Below are positions 17,002-25,903 of a stretch of 64,000 nt of DNA, piece after piece. Positions within the stretch are counted from its first letter, which is position 1; each line of letters starts with the position of its first letter. A program made the translations under genes and the position numbers. The notes below the pieces were generated by a model. It was not told where the DNA came from. It made no database searches and worked only from the letters and a program-made list of their open reading frames with translations. The stretch comes from an uncultured Candidatus Saccharibacteria bacterium (GTDB taxonomy: Bacteria > Patescibacteriota > Minisyncoccia > Phycocordibacterales > UBA2100): the NCBI GenBank assembly GCA_964633425.1, contig CAZWFX010000001.1, positions 9,644 through 73,643 on the forward strand, given 5' to 3'.

Positions 17002-18161
17002 CCCCCTTCTTCTTTGTTGAAGGCGTCTACCAGATACTTTGTGTTGGTCTCTGCCAAGATCGTCAAGATCGACTTCCCGTCCAGTCGACTGAATAGCAGG
17101 TTTTTGAAGGGCATGTCTAGAGCCTTTACGGCCAAAGCAAAGGACTTTCTGTCATTTGTGTTCTGGCTTACATTTTCGTAAGCCGCGTCCAGCTTTGTAG
17201 CCAGGCCCAAATACCAAGCCTTCATCCTATCGTGGATTTCCTTGAATTGCGGGAAGTAGGAAATTAGTTCCTCCGAGTCCCCTTGCTGGATCTGCTCCAT
17301 AATGCCCTTCCCGGACAGGCCCTCACGAGCTTTGTGTAATACCAGATATCCAGGATGCTTGATCTTTACTCGGTTAAAATATGGATCCACCGCGACATAC
17401 CCCTCCATCTCATTCCCCTTGACATGATCGAAGGACAAAATCGCCTCCTGAAGACTCTTAAATGCATACCTCTTTGGCCTCGGGATCAGCCCAAAATGGG
17501 CAAAGTTGTGTAGCCAAATCTCTTTGCTAGAGACGTACCTCCCTCCTAAAAATCTAAGCCCCAAATCGTATTGTACCACGACCTGATTCATGGGACTTAC
17601 AACCTCAAACATCAACGTCATGATCTTGTGAGAATTCCAGAATTGGGTCCTAACAAGCTTGGCCTTGGTTTGTTCTGGGCTCATGCATCCACCATCATAA
17701 TAACTGGCAAAAGCCTTCCAGAATAGCTCGGCAAACGATAACCCGTACCCATTAACCTCGCCACCAGCATCCGGAGACCCGGTGGTAGCAACGTGAATGT
17801 CGTTGTCGTAAAAATACATCATACAAAGACTCCCGTCAACCTTTTCGTAAAACTCAACAGGAACCGTGCCTACAAAAGACTTGACGTTCCACTCCAACGG
17901 ATGTGCGTTGGGCTCTCCAAAATTAAAAAATTTACGGTACCCCCAACATACAATCGCCCAGTCGTTCGCAGAATCCAAAATCGTGCCACGAGCATCCTGC
18001 ACAATCGGATTGTCCATGGGGGATTCGATTTGGCTGTACGAAAAATGTAGCAAATTCGGGTACTTAGGATGTTCCTTTACGGAGATTTTGAGGGTATCCT
18101 TGATGTAATCCAGGGAGGTTCCGGTTTTGAGAGCGAGTTGCAGGGCATTTACGGGCATGAG
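16998..18161 (-). CDS. RNA ligase, T4 RnlA (Rnl1)-like family
   Basis: ..NLLHFSYSQ..VQDARGTILD..IVCWGYRKFFNFGE.. followed by motif I YEKVDGSLCMMY (KxDGSL). The track start 18200 is TTG; the first ATG is at 18161. Confidence 0.75.
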   Translation of the reverse strand, partial: LMPVNALQLALKTGTSLDYIKDTLKISVKEHPKYPNLLHFSYSQIESPMDNPIVQDARGTILDSANDWAIVCWGYRKFFNFGEPNAHPLEWNVKSFVGTVPVEFYEKVDGSLCMMYFYDNDIHVATTGSPDAGGEVNGYGLSFAELFWKAFASYYDGGCMSPEQTKAKLVRTQFWNSHKIMTLMFEVVSPMNQVVVQYDLGLRFLGGRYVSSKEIWLHNFAHFGLIPRPKRYAFKSLQEAILSFDHVKGNEMEGYVAVDPYFNRVKIKHPGYLVLHKAREGLSGKGIMEQIQQGDSEELISYFPQFKEIHDRMKAWYLGLATKLDAAYENVSQNTNDRKSFALAVKALDMPFKNLLFSRLDGKSILTILAETNTKYLVDAFNKEEGG

Positions 18162-18196
18162 GGGAGTAAAGCATGGATCGTGTGGGTGGGTCAAGC

Positions 18197-18210
18197 CCAA
18201 TCTTTACTGG
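18197..18210 (+). promoter_or_regulatory. CAATCTTTA late-type motif (CCAATCTTTACTGG)
   Basis: 6 nt upstream of ATG18217. Confidence 0.4.
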
Positions 18211-18216
18211 TAACAA

Positions 18217-18675
18217 ATGATTCCAGGCAAACCAGAAAACCACAAGTGGATGGGGAGGGACATCTTCCATCCACACGATGCGCATCAGTTGCACGCGAAG
18301 GCGGCGACCTATGAATTTGGGGATGGGCTATCGCAGGCGGACGCCGAGGACAAGGCCTACAAGGAGTATCTACATGGTCGGCATGTGGAGGCGGCGGCCC
18401 ATCACCTTAGGTCCATGAAGGCAGCCAATGCAGTAGGGGACTCCAAGACAGCGGCGCGGCATTCGGCCATGTATGTGGCGCACGCTCAGGCCATTGGAGG
18501 AGATCCGGTAGGTCCTGTTCACGACGACATCTCGGCCCACCTAAAGGACAAACCAGGAAAGCACAAATTTGTGGGTCACAAGGCCGATTCTCTGATTCAA
18601 TCCGATGTTTTAAAGACCGAGTCTTATCGGAATGGCGTAACGGCCGTTTTGAAGGTACTGTCCAAGAAGGTCTAG
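18217..18675 (+). CDS. hypothetical His/Ala-rich protein (152 aa)
   Basis: ORF behind the motif; convergent with the 18672..20045 gene (4-nt overlap). Confidence 0.55.
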   Translation: MIPGKPENHKWMGRDIFHPHDAHQLHAKAATYEFGDGLSQADAEDKAYKEYLHGRHVEAAAHHLRSMKAANAVGDSKTAARHSAMYVAHAQAIGGDPVGPVHDDISAHLKDKPGKHKFVGHKADSLIQSDVLKTESYRNGVTAVLKVLSKKV

Positions 18676-20045
18676 GGGACAGAGTGGGCGTTGGGATCGA
18701 GCTTTTCGGAAACATCCTGAGGCTTCATCCCCTCTTTGTATAGGATGTTGGCCAATTTGGCTCTGGCGATGTCTCGTATGGCCTGGACCTTATCCTGAAC
18801 AGCAATTTCCAAAAGTTCCTTACCCACTAGTGGATGGTTGACGATGGCCATTCGAAGCGGCTCGTCGTCTTGGTAAATACACCCCATAAGGATATCTTTG
18901 GCTGGCTTGATGGGCAAATAGAACCCTGACTGCAACACGGCCATTTGGGTGGCCGGATCGTCTACGGCCAAGGCCAATTCGTAGCAGTGCTCTGAAGTTG
19001 CTGGGTTGCCCAGTGCTGCCCGAGCCATCTCTGCGATAATTGGCTGGTCTGGGAATTCAACGTGCCAATGCACAAAAAGATCTAGAGTGGCCTTCTCAAC
19101 TGCCTTGTGTGACAGGGCCTTGTGATAGGCCAGATCGATCAGGCTGGCCACTGTGTTTGGGCTGATATTTGGATGTCCAAGGATTTTTGACAGGTAGGAG
19201 TCTTCCTGGTCGTGCCCCTGACAGGTCTGGGTCATGGCCTCAAGGTCTTCTCCGGTCAAAGAAGGACCGGAGCCAAGGAGATCGTCCCACAGGCCCATGT
19301 AGGCCCGAGTCTTAGCAATTACAGCTCTGGTAATAGGCCCAAGGGATTTGTGTCCGACGATCTTTGGCCAAAGATCCTGGTGCTGTAGGGCCATGGCCAA
19401 ATGACCATCTTGGCATCCATTCATCTTAAGAGCCAAGGATCGTTCTTCTGGAATCCCCAACAGTCTTAAGATCTCGTCTGGTTCATAGGATTTAGACAGA
19501 TCTTCCGACTTTAGAGTGTAGGTATATGGCTTTAGTTTCCCATCGTAAGGACCAGACGGGACCTCGTCGGCCTCAGGGGCCTTTTGAGGGATGTAATCCA
19601 TGCCGTGCTTTTTAGACATTTTTGCATGGACGGCCGAGGCCATTGATGAGTGATGATCTTCAGACGAGGCGTGGGTTGCGCCTAGCGCATTTTTTGCGTG
19701 TGAGTAGAATGCCTCGTACATGGCCAGGCCAAGTCCCTTGCCTCGGTGCGCTTCGTCAATTTTTGAATGACGAATTTGAGCATGACCTCCGAGGATCCCG
19801 TTCATTCGACCGACCTTAAACCCTCCGTTAACTTCACCAATTTCTCCTCCCTCTGGGTGGTAGAGAACTGAGTGTAGTCCGTGGCTTTCTCCGGGTCTGA
19901 GAGGTCTCACGTGAACTACGTGGAGCTGATAGCCCTGATCTCTTAGCTTGGTCGGTAATACGTGGGAATAATCGTGCGTGGTTAGATCGTTTGGATCTCC
20001 AGAGATCTGCTTCCCAACCGGGATGTCTGCTAGTTTCTTCCTCAT
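18672..20045 (-). CDS. GNAT-like acetyltransferase domain protein with helical-repeat C-terminus
   Basis: ..IDEAHRGKGLGLAMYEAFYSHA.. (GNAT motif A, R/QxxGxG/A). About 250 aa of alpha-helical repeat-like sequence follows. Confidence 0.6.
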   Translation of the reverse strand: MRKKLADIPVGKQISGDPNDLTTHDYSHVLPTKLRDQGYQLHVVHVRPLRPGESHGLHSVLYHPEGGEIGEVNGGFKVGRMNGILGGHAQIRHSKIDEAHRGKGLGLAMYEAFYSHAKNALGATHASSEDHHSSMASAVHAKMSKKHGMDYIPQKAPEADEVPSGPYDGKLKPYTYTLKSEDLSKSYEPDEILRLLGIPEERSLALKMNGCQDGHLAMALQHQDLWPKIVGHKSLGPITRAVIAKTRAYMGLWDDLLGSGPSLTGEDLEAMTQTCQGHDQEDSYLSKILGHPNISPNTVASLIDLAYHKALSHKAVEKATLDLFVHWHVEFPDQPIIAEMARAALGNPATSEHCYELALAVDDPATQMAVLQSGFYLPIKPAKDILMGCIYQDDEPLRMAIVNHPLVGKELLEIAVQDKVQAIRDIARAKLANILYKEGMKPQDVSEKLDPNAHSVP

Positions 20046-20051
20046 GGGTCT

Positions 20052-20885
20052 TTACACCGAGCTGACTACGATCCTACGATAGATCCGTTTGATGTCTTTG
20101 CCGAGCTTTTCTCTGTCTTCTTGAAGCTTTTTGATCCTGGCATCGTAGATTCGTGGACCATCAGAAGACAGGGACTGACTCATTCCGTCCAGGCTTAGGC
20201 TGCTGGAGGCTGAGAAAGCGTTGGTTGTGGCCAGCTTAGACAAAACGTCCATGGCCGCGATCATCCCGATGTAATTGTTGATGATTCTGGGGATCTTACC
20301 GTCTTTGAATCCGGCCGTATAGACAAACCTTACCAGGGCAGAGACCCAAGGGGACTTGAAAAACTGCAAATAAAGCAAAGAAGACGAAGAATCCGAAGAA
20401 CTAGGGGCCAAAAACCCATTAAACGTGGCTGGGATAAGATTGATTTGACCCCAGACCGCGTTAGCGGCTTCAATCCAGCTATTTGGGAAAACGAAGGTTT
20501 CTGTCCCATCGGCGAACTGAATGGACATTCGATCGATGGACGAAATGGGCTTCATGTCCAGCATGAAGTATCCCCAGTGCTGATAATCTAGTCGGTGGTA
20601 GTGGGCCTTCTTGTCAAACTGGGTGGGCATGATCACAAGGCCCAAGTCCACTTCAGCCTCTTGTACCGCGCCAAGGATGTAGTCCTGTAGCATCTCCGAG
20701 GTGATCTTAAAGGGCTTGCCTGTCAAAGGATCGATCTGCTTGCCTTCCAGGCGAATTCCGGCCAGATATCGACTGTAGAGCTTGTCTGGGGTTAAGAGAG
20801 GTTCCGTTCTACCAAAAGCCGACTCGATTTCGTTGTCAAAGAAGACCTCGCCGGTAATTTCTTTGCTGTCTGAATAGTCAGCCAT
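20052..20885 (-). CDS. hypothetical protein, probable structural (277 aa)
   Basis: ORF in an operon with 20885..21298. Confidence 0.55.
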   Translation of the reverse strand: MADYSDSKEITGEVFFDNEIESAFGRTEPLLTPDKLYSRYLAGIRLEGKQIDPLTGKPFKITSEMLQDYILGAVQEAEVDLGLVIMPTQFDKKAHYHRLDYQHWGYFMLDMKPISSIDRMSIQFADGTETFVFPNSWIEAANAVWGQINLIPATFNGFLAPSSSDSSSSLLYLQFFKSPWVSALVRFVYTAGFKDGKIPRIINNYIGMIAAMDVLSKLATTNAFSASSSLSLDGMSQSLSSDGPRIYDARIKKLQEDREKLGKDIKRIYRRIVVSSV

Positions 20886-21298
20886 TAGATGGCTCCACTG
20901 GAATAAATATCGATGGCGGCCTCTTTAGATCCCTTAGTGACCACGGCGGACTGGGTCAGAGTGAGCCTGATTGCGCAGGTCCCCTGGATCGTATCCGCTG
21001 ACGTAATCGCCACAGACCAGATGGAGGCGTCTAGGGTCGGATAGGGCTGCGTGGCGGTTCGGTTGCTGATCTTCTTGGCTGAATCCAACGAGTCGATCGT
21101 TACCGTAAGTGTCGCCCCCGCAGCCGGACAAAATCGCCGCCCGCCTGGGTTGAACCCGCGCTCAGCCTTGTCCTTGGATAAGTCGATTAACTGAAAATAG
21201 ATGACCGTCGTGTCCCCTACCGTGTAGGTGGCACGATCCACGTACTCAAAAGAGTTGACCGACGTTACGTCCTGTAACATCCTCGCAGATAAAAGCAT
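20885..21298 (-). CDS. hypothetical protein, probable structural (137 aa)
   Basis: ORF preceded by a late-type motif. Confidence 0.55.
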   Translation of the reverse strand: MLLSARMLQDVTSVNSFEYVDRATYTVGDTTVIYFQLIDLSKDKAERGFNPGGRRFCPAAGATLTVTIDSLDSAKKISNRTATQPYPTLDASIWSVAITSADTIQGTCAIRLTLTQSAVVTKGSKEAAIDIYSSGAI

Positions 21299-21304
21299 TT
21301 GGTA

Positions 21305-21316
21305 TCAAAGATTGCC
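21305..21316 (-). promoter_or_regulatory. CAATCTTTA late-type motif (GGCAATCTTTGA)
   Basis: Minus strand motif 6 nt upstream of ATG21298. Confidence 0.4.
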
Positions 21317-21317
21317 G

Positions 21318-21509
21318 TTAATCTCGCCACCGTAAGTGTAGACCCAGCCCAATCCAAAGATAAAATAACCCCAACATCAATCCCAAAAATACCGCACTCT
21401 CATACGGAGTCCCAATCTCCATCCACCCCCCAATAAAAAATACTACACTAAGACAAAGTGCGGGGACGTTTAATCGTAAGGGCTCGTTTTTGTTGGAGTT
21501 TTTAGTCAT
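21318..21509 (-). CDS. small membrane protein (63 aa)
   Basis: Trimmed to MTKNSNK (ATG overlaps the upstream stop, ATGACTAA). Two hydrophobic helices. Confidence 0.5.
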   Translation of the reverse strand: MTKNSNKNEPLRLNVPALCLSVVFFIGGWMEIGTPYESAVFLGLMLGLFYLWIGLGLHLRWRD

Positions 21510-21837
21510 GATCTTTCGACAACACCTTAAAGCCGATAATTTGTGCGATACCGGAGACATCGTCGAAGTGGAGTTGGTGACCTTGGGTAGTTAGGGGAGC
21601 GAAGATGGGGTAGACTTTGATGTAATCCAGAGCTTTTTCGGAGAGATCTGAGTCTACGGTAACGGAGAGGTAGTGTCCATCGATGATGGCGGCTGAGGTG
21701 ACGACGATTGAGTCGTAGAGATTGGTGTCTGTATAGTTAACGGTTTGGGTTGGGAGGGTTTTGGGGAGTTTTACTGTAAATTTGGAAAAATCCAAAACCC
21801 CAGCTGACAGGTCTAGGTAGAATCTTTTGAGGCTCAT
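21502..21837 (-). CDS. hypothetical protein (111 aa)
   Basis: ORF with no motif. Confidence 0.55.
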   Translation of the reverse strand: MSLKRFYLDLSAGVLDFSKFTVKLPKTLPTQTVNYTDTNLYDSIVVTSAAIIDGHYLSVTVDSDLSEKALDYIKVYPIFAPLTTQGHQLHFDDVSGIAQIIGFKVLSKDHD

Positions 21838-21870
21838 TGGGTGATATTTACCACGTAGTGGCAGGTTTTG

Positions 21871-22170
21871 TCAAGAGGACATTAGGCCGGACTGCTTGGC
21901 TTCCTGCAGCATATCTGTACCAAAGGTCTCTAGCAGATCTGAAAGCGCCCAACGAAAATCGTCATCAAACTCCAGATCAAAGAACAGGGCTTTGTCCATA
22001 TATTCCTCGTTCAAGAGGACTTTGGTTAGTAGGTTCCGAGACTTAGTCACGTTTTCTAGCTGGAGGTACTCCCAACTCAAAAGTACGAGTTCTTTGTATT
22101 TTTCGTGTCCGGACATACGATTGATTTGCGCTTCGAGGATGACGAGGTAGTCGGTGAAGCCAGTAGGCAT
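21871..22170 (-). CDS. hypothetical protein (99 aa)
   Basis: ORF preceded by the variant motif CTCAATCTATAGG. Confidence 0.5.
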   Translation of the reverse strand: MPTGFTDYLVILEAQINRMSGHEKYKELVLLSWEYLQLENVTKSRNLLTKVLLNEEYMDKALFFDLEFDDDFRWALSDLLETFGTDMLQEAKQSGLMSS

Positions 22171-22188
22171 ATCCTATAGATTGAGAGT

Positions 22189-23076
22189 TTATTTCCAAAG
22201 GAAGTGTCGGTATTGAGCCCAGCCCTTGAGGTTTCCGAGGGCCACGCTTCCGGGACTGAGGGCCTGGCACTGGTGTTCGAACGGAGACATGTGCTTGCTG
22301 GCCAGAAGTTTTTGGGCTAATTCAATGTCTTCGGACTCGCCGGCTCTGGTACCGTTATGGTTGTTGTAAGAGACTCTGGCGCAGCGACCCGCTGAAACCT
22401 GGAGTTTCCATTGGTTTTCTATTTGTTTTGGTGGATCTTTAAAGAAGGGTACGTGCCATTCGCCAACGTGCAAAATTTGCGGCTTAGACTCTGCGACTGC
22501 TTGCCGTAGCTTTTTGGCCACAACGGCGATTTCTGGTTGGGCGTCTGGGTGGTCTCGTAGCTCCAGGTAATTGTCTAGTTCGGTAGCAGTGACCAAGACC
22601 GTCGCCCAAGCCCAGGGGTGGATGAGCCTAGACGCCAACTGCTTGTGGAGGCCTAGCTTGTACAAAATCCAGGCCGCGAACACCATTCCATAGCGGGCAA
22701 CACCCCAAAGCCCCCTAACCAACACCAACGACAAGCCATATAGCTGCGCTTTGGCCTGCATTCCGGGCTGGTTCTTGCCCCAAAAGACGGGGTACGCTGG
22801 GTATCTGATAACCTGCGCCAGGATCTTCTTGGTGGGGATCGCCCTCATTGAGGACGTGTTGCGACTCATAACGCGGTGCGTCATGAACTCCGCATGGATC
22901 ATCAACGGATGTACTTGCTCCCAGGTGTAGACCTCTGCCCCGGTTTCTTCACACCTTGAATGCAACAACATCCTTACCGAGTAGTCCTTGGGATCTACTT
23001 TGGTCACGTGTAGAATGTCGTACAGTGAGTACAGCCAAAGAACCGCCAAGATCAATGCAAGACACAGGCCCACCAT
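22189..23076 (-). CDS. thyX: ThyX-like flavin-dependent thymidylate synthase homologue with hydrophobic N-terminal extension
   Basis: AEFMTHRVMSRNTSSMRAIP (ThyX RHRxxSxNxxSxR-like motif) and C-terminal HMSPFEH. ATG23076 is coupled (TGATG) to the upstream small ORF. N-terminus MVGLCLALILAVLWLYSLY. Confidence 0.7.
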   Translation of the reverse strand: MVGLCLALILAVLWLYSLYDILHVTKVDPKDYSVRMLLHSRCEETGAEVYTWEQVHPLMIHAEFMTHRVMSRNTSSMRAIPTKKILAQVIRYPAYPVFWGKNQPGMQAKAQLYGLSLVLVRGLWGVARYGMVFAAWILYKLGLHKQLASRLIHPWAWATVLVTATELDNYLELRDHPDAQPEIAVVAKKLRQAVAESKPQILHVGEWHVPFFKDPPKQIENQWKLQVSAGRCARVSYNNHNGTRAGESEDIELAQKLLASKHMSPFEHQCQALSPGSVALGNLKGWAQYRHFLWK

Positions 23077-23252
23077 CAGTCCCTAATCTCCACAGCCGGG
23101 GATTCTTGGGTATCGATCCCGGCGTCGACAACACCTGGCCCGGCGCAGTCTTTGAGATTGACGTACCCGAAGATCAGCAACAAGAAAAAGGCGGCCTGGA
23201 ATAGGCATAACGCAAAGATGAGAGTAATTAAAACCACCAACTGTTTTATCAT
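23076..23252 (-). CDS. small membrane protein (58 aa), below the ORF-track cutoff
   Basis: Own translation MIKQLVVLITLIFALCLFQAAFFLLLIFGYVNLKDCAGPGVVDAGIDTQESPAVEIRD. SD GAGGA. ATGA overlap with the dNMP kinase stop and TGATG overlap with the thyX-like start. Confidence 0.55.
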   Translation of the reverse strand: MIKQLVVLITLIFALCLFQAAFFLLLIFGYVNLKDCAGPGVVDAGIDTQESPAVEIRD

Positions 23253-23971
23253 TTGTCCTCTGGGAAAATACTTTCAATAAAGTTGCAGACCAAGTCATGA
23301 AAAGCCATCACGTCATATTTTTTGCCGTCATTTTTGATGACAACCGAAAACAGACTTTCATCAATCAGGTCTACTGAGTTTTCGGTGACGTGATCGTCTG
23401 ATTGAGGTTTGGGGTTCACGATCTTGACGCAGATGCCGTCAGCGTCCTTGATGGCTTTTGCTTCAAGAGGAAACCTGCCGTCTGTAACCAAAAGGACGGA
23501 ATTCGGATCCTTTTGTGTTTCCAGTGCCCGTTTTTGTTCCAGCTTCTTAATCCAAAAATCCTCTCCCATCCCAGCCTTAATGTCTTCCGATACCTTTCGT
23601 AAAAGGTGCCTGGCCGTTATGTTTGAAGGACGGTCTCGGGCCAGATCTTTGAGGATCTGGCGTAGAATCTCTGACAAATCCGTTGACACTGGGGTGTACA
23701 GCAAGGTCTGGTTGGCTCTGGCCAAGAAGATCTCTAACTCTAGATCAGAACCTCCCACTAAGATTCTTTCTCGATTCTTGGATGAACCCCAAAGGTCCTG
23801 TTTGGGGACCCCGAATAGCCATTCCACCAGCTCCTTAACCGGATCTGCAAACGCAGTGGTTATGAACTTAATGCCCGGCAAGCGCGTGGCTAGCTCGGAA
23901 GCCATGTAGTTTTTCCCAGAGCCCTTCTTACCAAAAAAGGCAACATAGCTAAGGCGCTTCATCGGTTTCAT
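23249..23971 (-). CDS. deoxynucleoside monophosphate kinase (T4 gp1-like)
   Basis: P-loop FFGKKGSGKN, FADPVKELVEWLFGV, RHLLRKVSEDIK..DFWIKKL, VTDGRFPLE, HVTEN. This is collinear with T4 gp1 as I recall it. Confidence 0.7.
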   Translation of the reverse strand: MKPMKRLSYVAFFGKKGSGKNYMASELATRLPGIKFITTAFADPVKELVEWLFGVPKQDLWGSSKNRERILVGGSDLELEIFLARANQTLLYTPVSTDLSEILRQILKDLARDRPSNITARHLLRKVSEDIKAGMGEDFWIKKLEQKRALETQKDPNSVLLVTDGRFPLEAKAIKDADGICVKIVNPKPQSDDHVTENSVDLIDESLFSVVIKNDGKKYDVMAFHDLVCNFIESIFPEDK

Positions 23972-23985
23972 TGTTAGTGCAGATA

Positions 23986-24014
23986 ACAGTACCCTGTCGA
24001 GGCCAAAAGGTCAA
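23986..24014 (-). promoter_or_regulatory. sigma70-like promoter (TTGACC-17-TACTGT)
   Basis: Minus strand reads TTGACC ttttggcctcgacaggg TACTGT ..ATG23971. It is back-to-back with the plus-strand late-type motif. Confidence 0.45.
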
Positions 24015-24028
24015 GCAATCTTTGTAGG
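24015..24028 (+). promoter_or_regulatory. CAATCTTTA late-type motif (GCAATCTTTGTAGG)
   Basis: Upstream of ATG24044. It shares the extended GGTCAAGCAATCTTT with the 14750 site. Confidence 0.45.
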
Positions 24029-24043
24029 GTGAAGCTACAAAAA

Positions 24044-25099
24044 ATGGAACGAAGGGGGCGGGCCGACACCATGGAGGTCATCAACCCTAATGCCGTGATT
24101 GCGCCGGTTGCGCCAGAGGAGACCGAACAGCTCTCCGACGAGGCCATTACCGCAAAGCTCATCAATGACGGAACCATAAACCCGTTTTTGCCAAGAGATG
24201 AACTGAATCCCCCTGTCGAACCAACCATGGATATCGTCTACGGGTCTCCCTTTGGAACACCAAGGGGAAACAACCCGCACCGACAGCCAGGTACCGAAAA
24301 TACCCCAAGTACTGAAGCCCAAAGTGTTGAAAATTCACCACATCAGGAACTGAATGACCTGGCCTCTCAGTCCGCCCCGCAAGATGACTCGCCAGATCTG
24401 AAAACTAAATTGGTCGGTATCCTAAAAGAACTGCAGAATCAACAGGAATTCCTTCAGGTTATCGCACAAGAAAATCCGCAACTATACGAAAACATTAACT
24501 ATTTGGTTCAGATGATCATCCAGATGGCACGAAACAACGGGTTAAGTAAGGCAGAGAGGCGGTCTCCTGCGGACGAGATGGTGCAGTCTTTAAGGGACAT
24601 GCATCCTTCGCATAGTTGCAAGGGTGGTGACTGTTATCATGCGACCGAGGCTTTGTATCATTTGCTTGGTGGCAAAGATGCTGGGTACGAGCCACAAGCC
24701 AATGGTTCTCATTGGTTTTTAAAGAGTCCGACTGGAAGGATCTTGGATCCGACTGGAGGAGACGTCAAGGCCACGGCTTCGCCAAAGAAGCTAGTGACGG
24801 CAGCCCCCAGTTCCAAGGCCATGAGCCTGATTGACGCCGTCATCCGAAGAGGCCCGCTCAAGAAAAGAGACCTCCCGGCTTTCGATCCGCCAGGAGACAC
24901 GTCAAGAAAGATCCCCCGGGTCCATCTGCAGTTACCGATTGGCAGTCAAAGAGGCGTTAAAATTAAGGTACTGCACCGTAATGGGCACTCTGGATGGAGG
25001 CAGGTCCAGGCTGGAATGGTGCAAGGATTGGAGCCCGACGTTCCGCTTTTGACCGCAAATAGCCATCCAGTTTCGGTCAAGAGACCGTTCGACGAGTAG
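24044..25099 (+). CDS. hypothetical late protein (351 aa)
   Basis: ORF; the track start 24029 is GTG and the first ATG is 24044 (alternative ATG 24071). Confidence 0.55.
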   Translation: MERRGRADTMEVINPNAVIAPVAPEETEQLSDEAITAKLINDGTINPFLPRDELNPPVEPTMDIVYGSPFGTPRGNNPHRQPGTENTPSTEAQSVENSPHQELNDLASQSAPQDDSPDLKTKLVGILKELQNQQEFLQVIAQENPQLYENINYLVQMIIQMARNNGLSKAERRSPADEMVQSLRDMHPSHSCKGGDCYHATEALYHLLGGKDAGYEPQANGSHWFLKSPTGRILDPTGGDVKATASPKKLVTAAPSSKAMSLIDAVIRRGPLKKRDLPAFDPPGDTSRKIPRVHLQLPIGSQRGVKIKVLHRNGHSGWRQVQAGMVQGLEPDVPLLTANSHPVSVKRPFDE

Positions 25100-25100
25100 C

Positions 25101-25892
25101 ATGATTAAAGTTAACGTAGATCTGTCTCAGATTTTTGAGATCAAGTCCTATCAACAGCGTATTCAGGCTTATGCTGAGCAGTATTCTGCGTTCATTGCAG
25201 AATCAGCCTATTCTAAAATGCGCGAATTGGCCGAGCAAAAACTGCACTACCGTCGAGAGCTTTTCTTGGAAAATCTGTCGTTAACAAAGGTCGACGCCGG
25301 TAAGTGGTCTATCGTTTTGGGTAAGAAGGCTGAGTGGATAGAAGACGGCACGCTTCCACGCAACATGATCCCCGATTTATTGTCAGGGAAGAAGGCAAAA
25401 ACCAGTAAGGACGGTAGCAAGTACGTAATTGTTCCGTTTAATCACACAAAAGGGGCCCCAACGTCAGCCGCTCAGGCAGCTCTAAGTCGGGTTGTTAAGG
25501 ACGAACTTAGGGATCGGGGCTTGGACAAGCCACTTAAGGGAAAGAAAAATAGAAAGAATTTTCAGTTGGGTGCGTTTGATGTCACGGACAAGCCAATATC
25601 GACAGCCGCCTTGAGAATTGGGGCAGGGCCTATCGGTAGGGTCGCCCAGGGCGCTGCTTCTGGAATCCCCTTGCTAAAAGGAGTCCAGGTATACCAGAAG
25701 GTAAGAACCGGTAAGGTTTCTGTTCAGGCTTTAACCTTTAGGACTGTCAGTGATAAAAGCTCTCCTGAATCATGGAACCATCCCGGAAACGAACCGGCCG
25801 ACATCATGAAAGAAGCCGTTGAGTGGTCTGAAAAGGAAGCTGAGGTTTATGTGTCGGAAATGATGGATAAAGTAGCCAAGGAAAACGAGTAA
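25101..25892 (+). CDS. hypothetical late/structural protein (263 aa)
   Basis: ORF tightly coupled to the previous gene. Confidence 0.55.
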   Translation: MIKVNVDLSQIFEIKSYQQRIQAYAEQYSAFIAESAYSKMRELAEQKLHYRRELFLENLSLTKVDAGKWSIVLGKKAEWIEDGTLPRNMIPDLLSGKKAKTSKDGSKYVIVPFNHTKGAPTSAAQAALSRVVKDELRDRGLDKPLKGKKNRKNFQLGAFDVTDKPISTAALRIGAGPIGRVAQGAASGIPLLKGVQVYQKVRTGKVSVQALTFRTVSDKSSPESWNHPGNEPADIMKEAVEWSEKEAEVYVSEMMDKVAKENE

Positions 25893-25903
25893 GGTAGTCA
25901 CGA

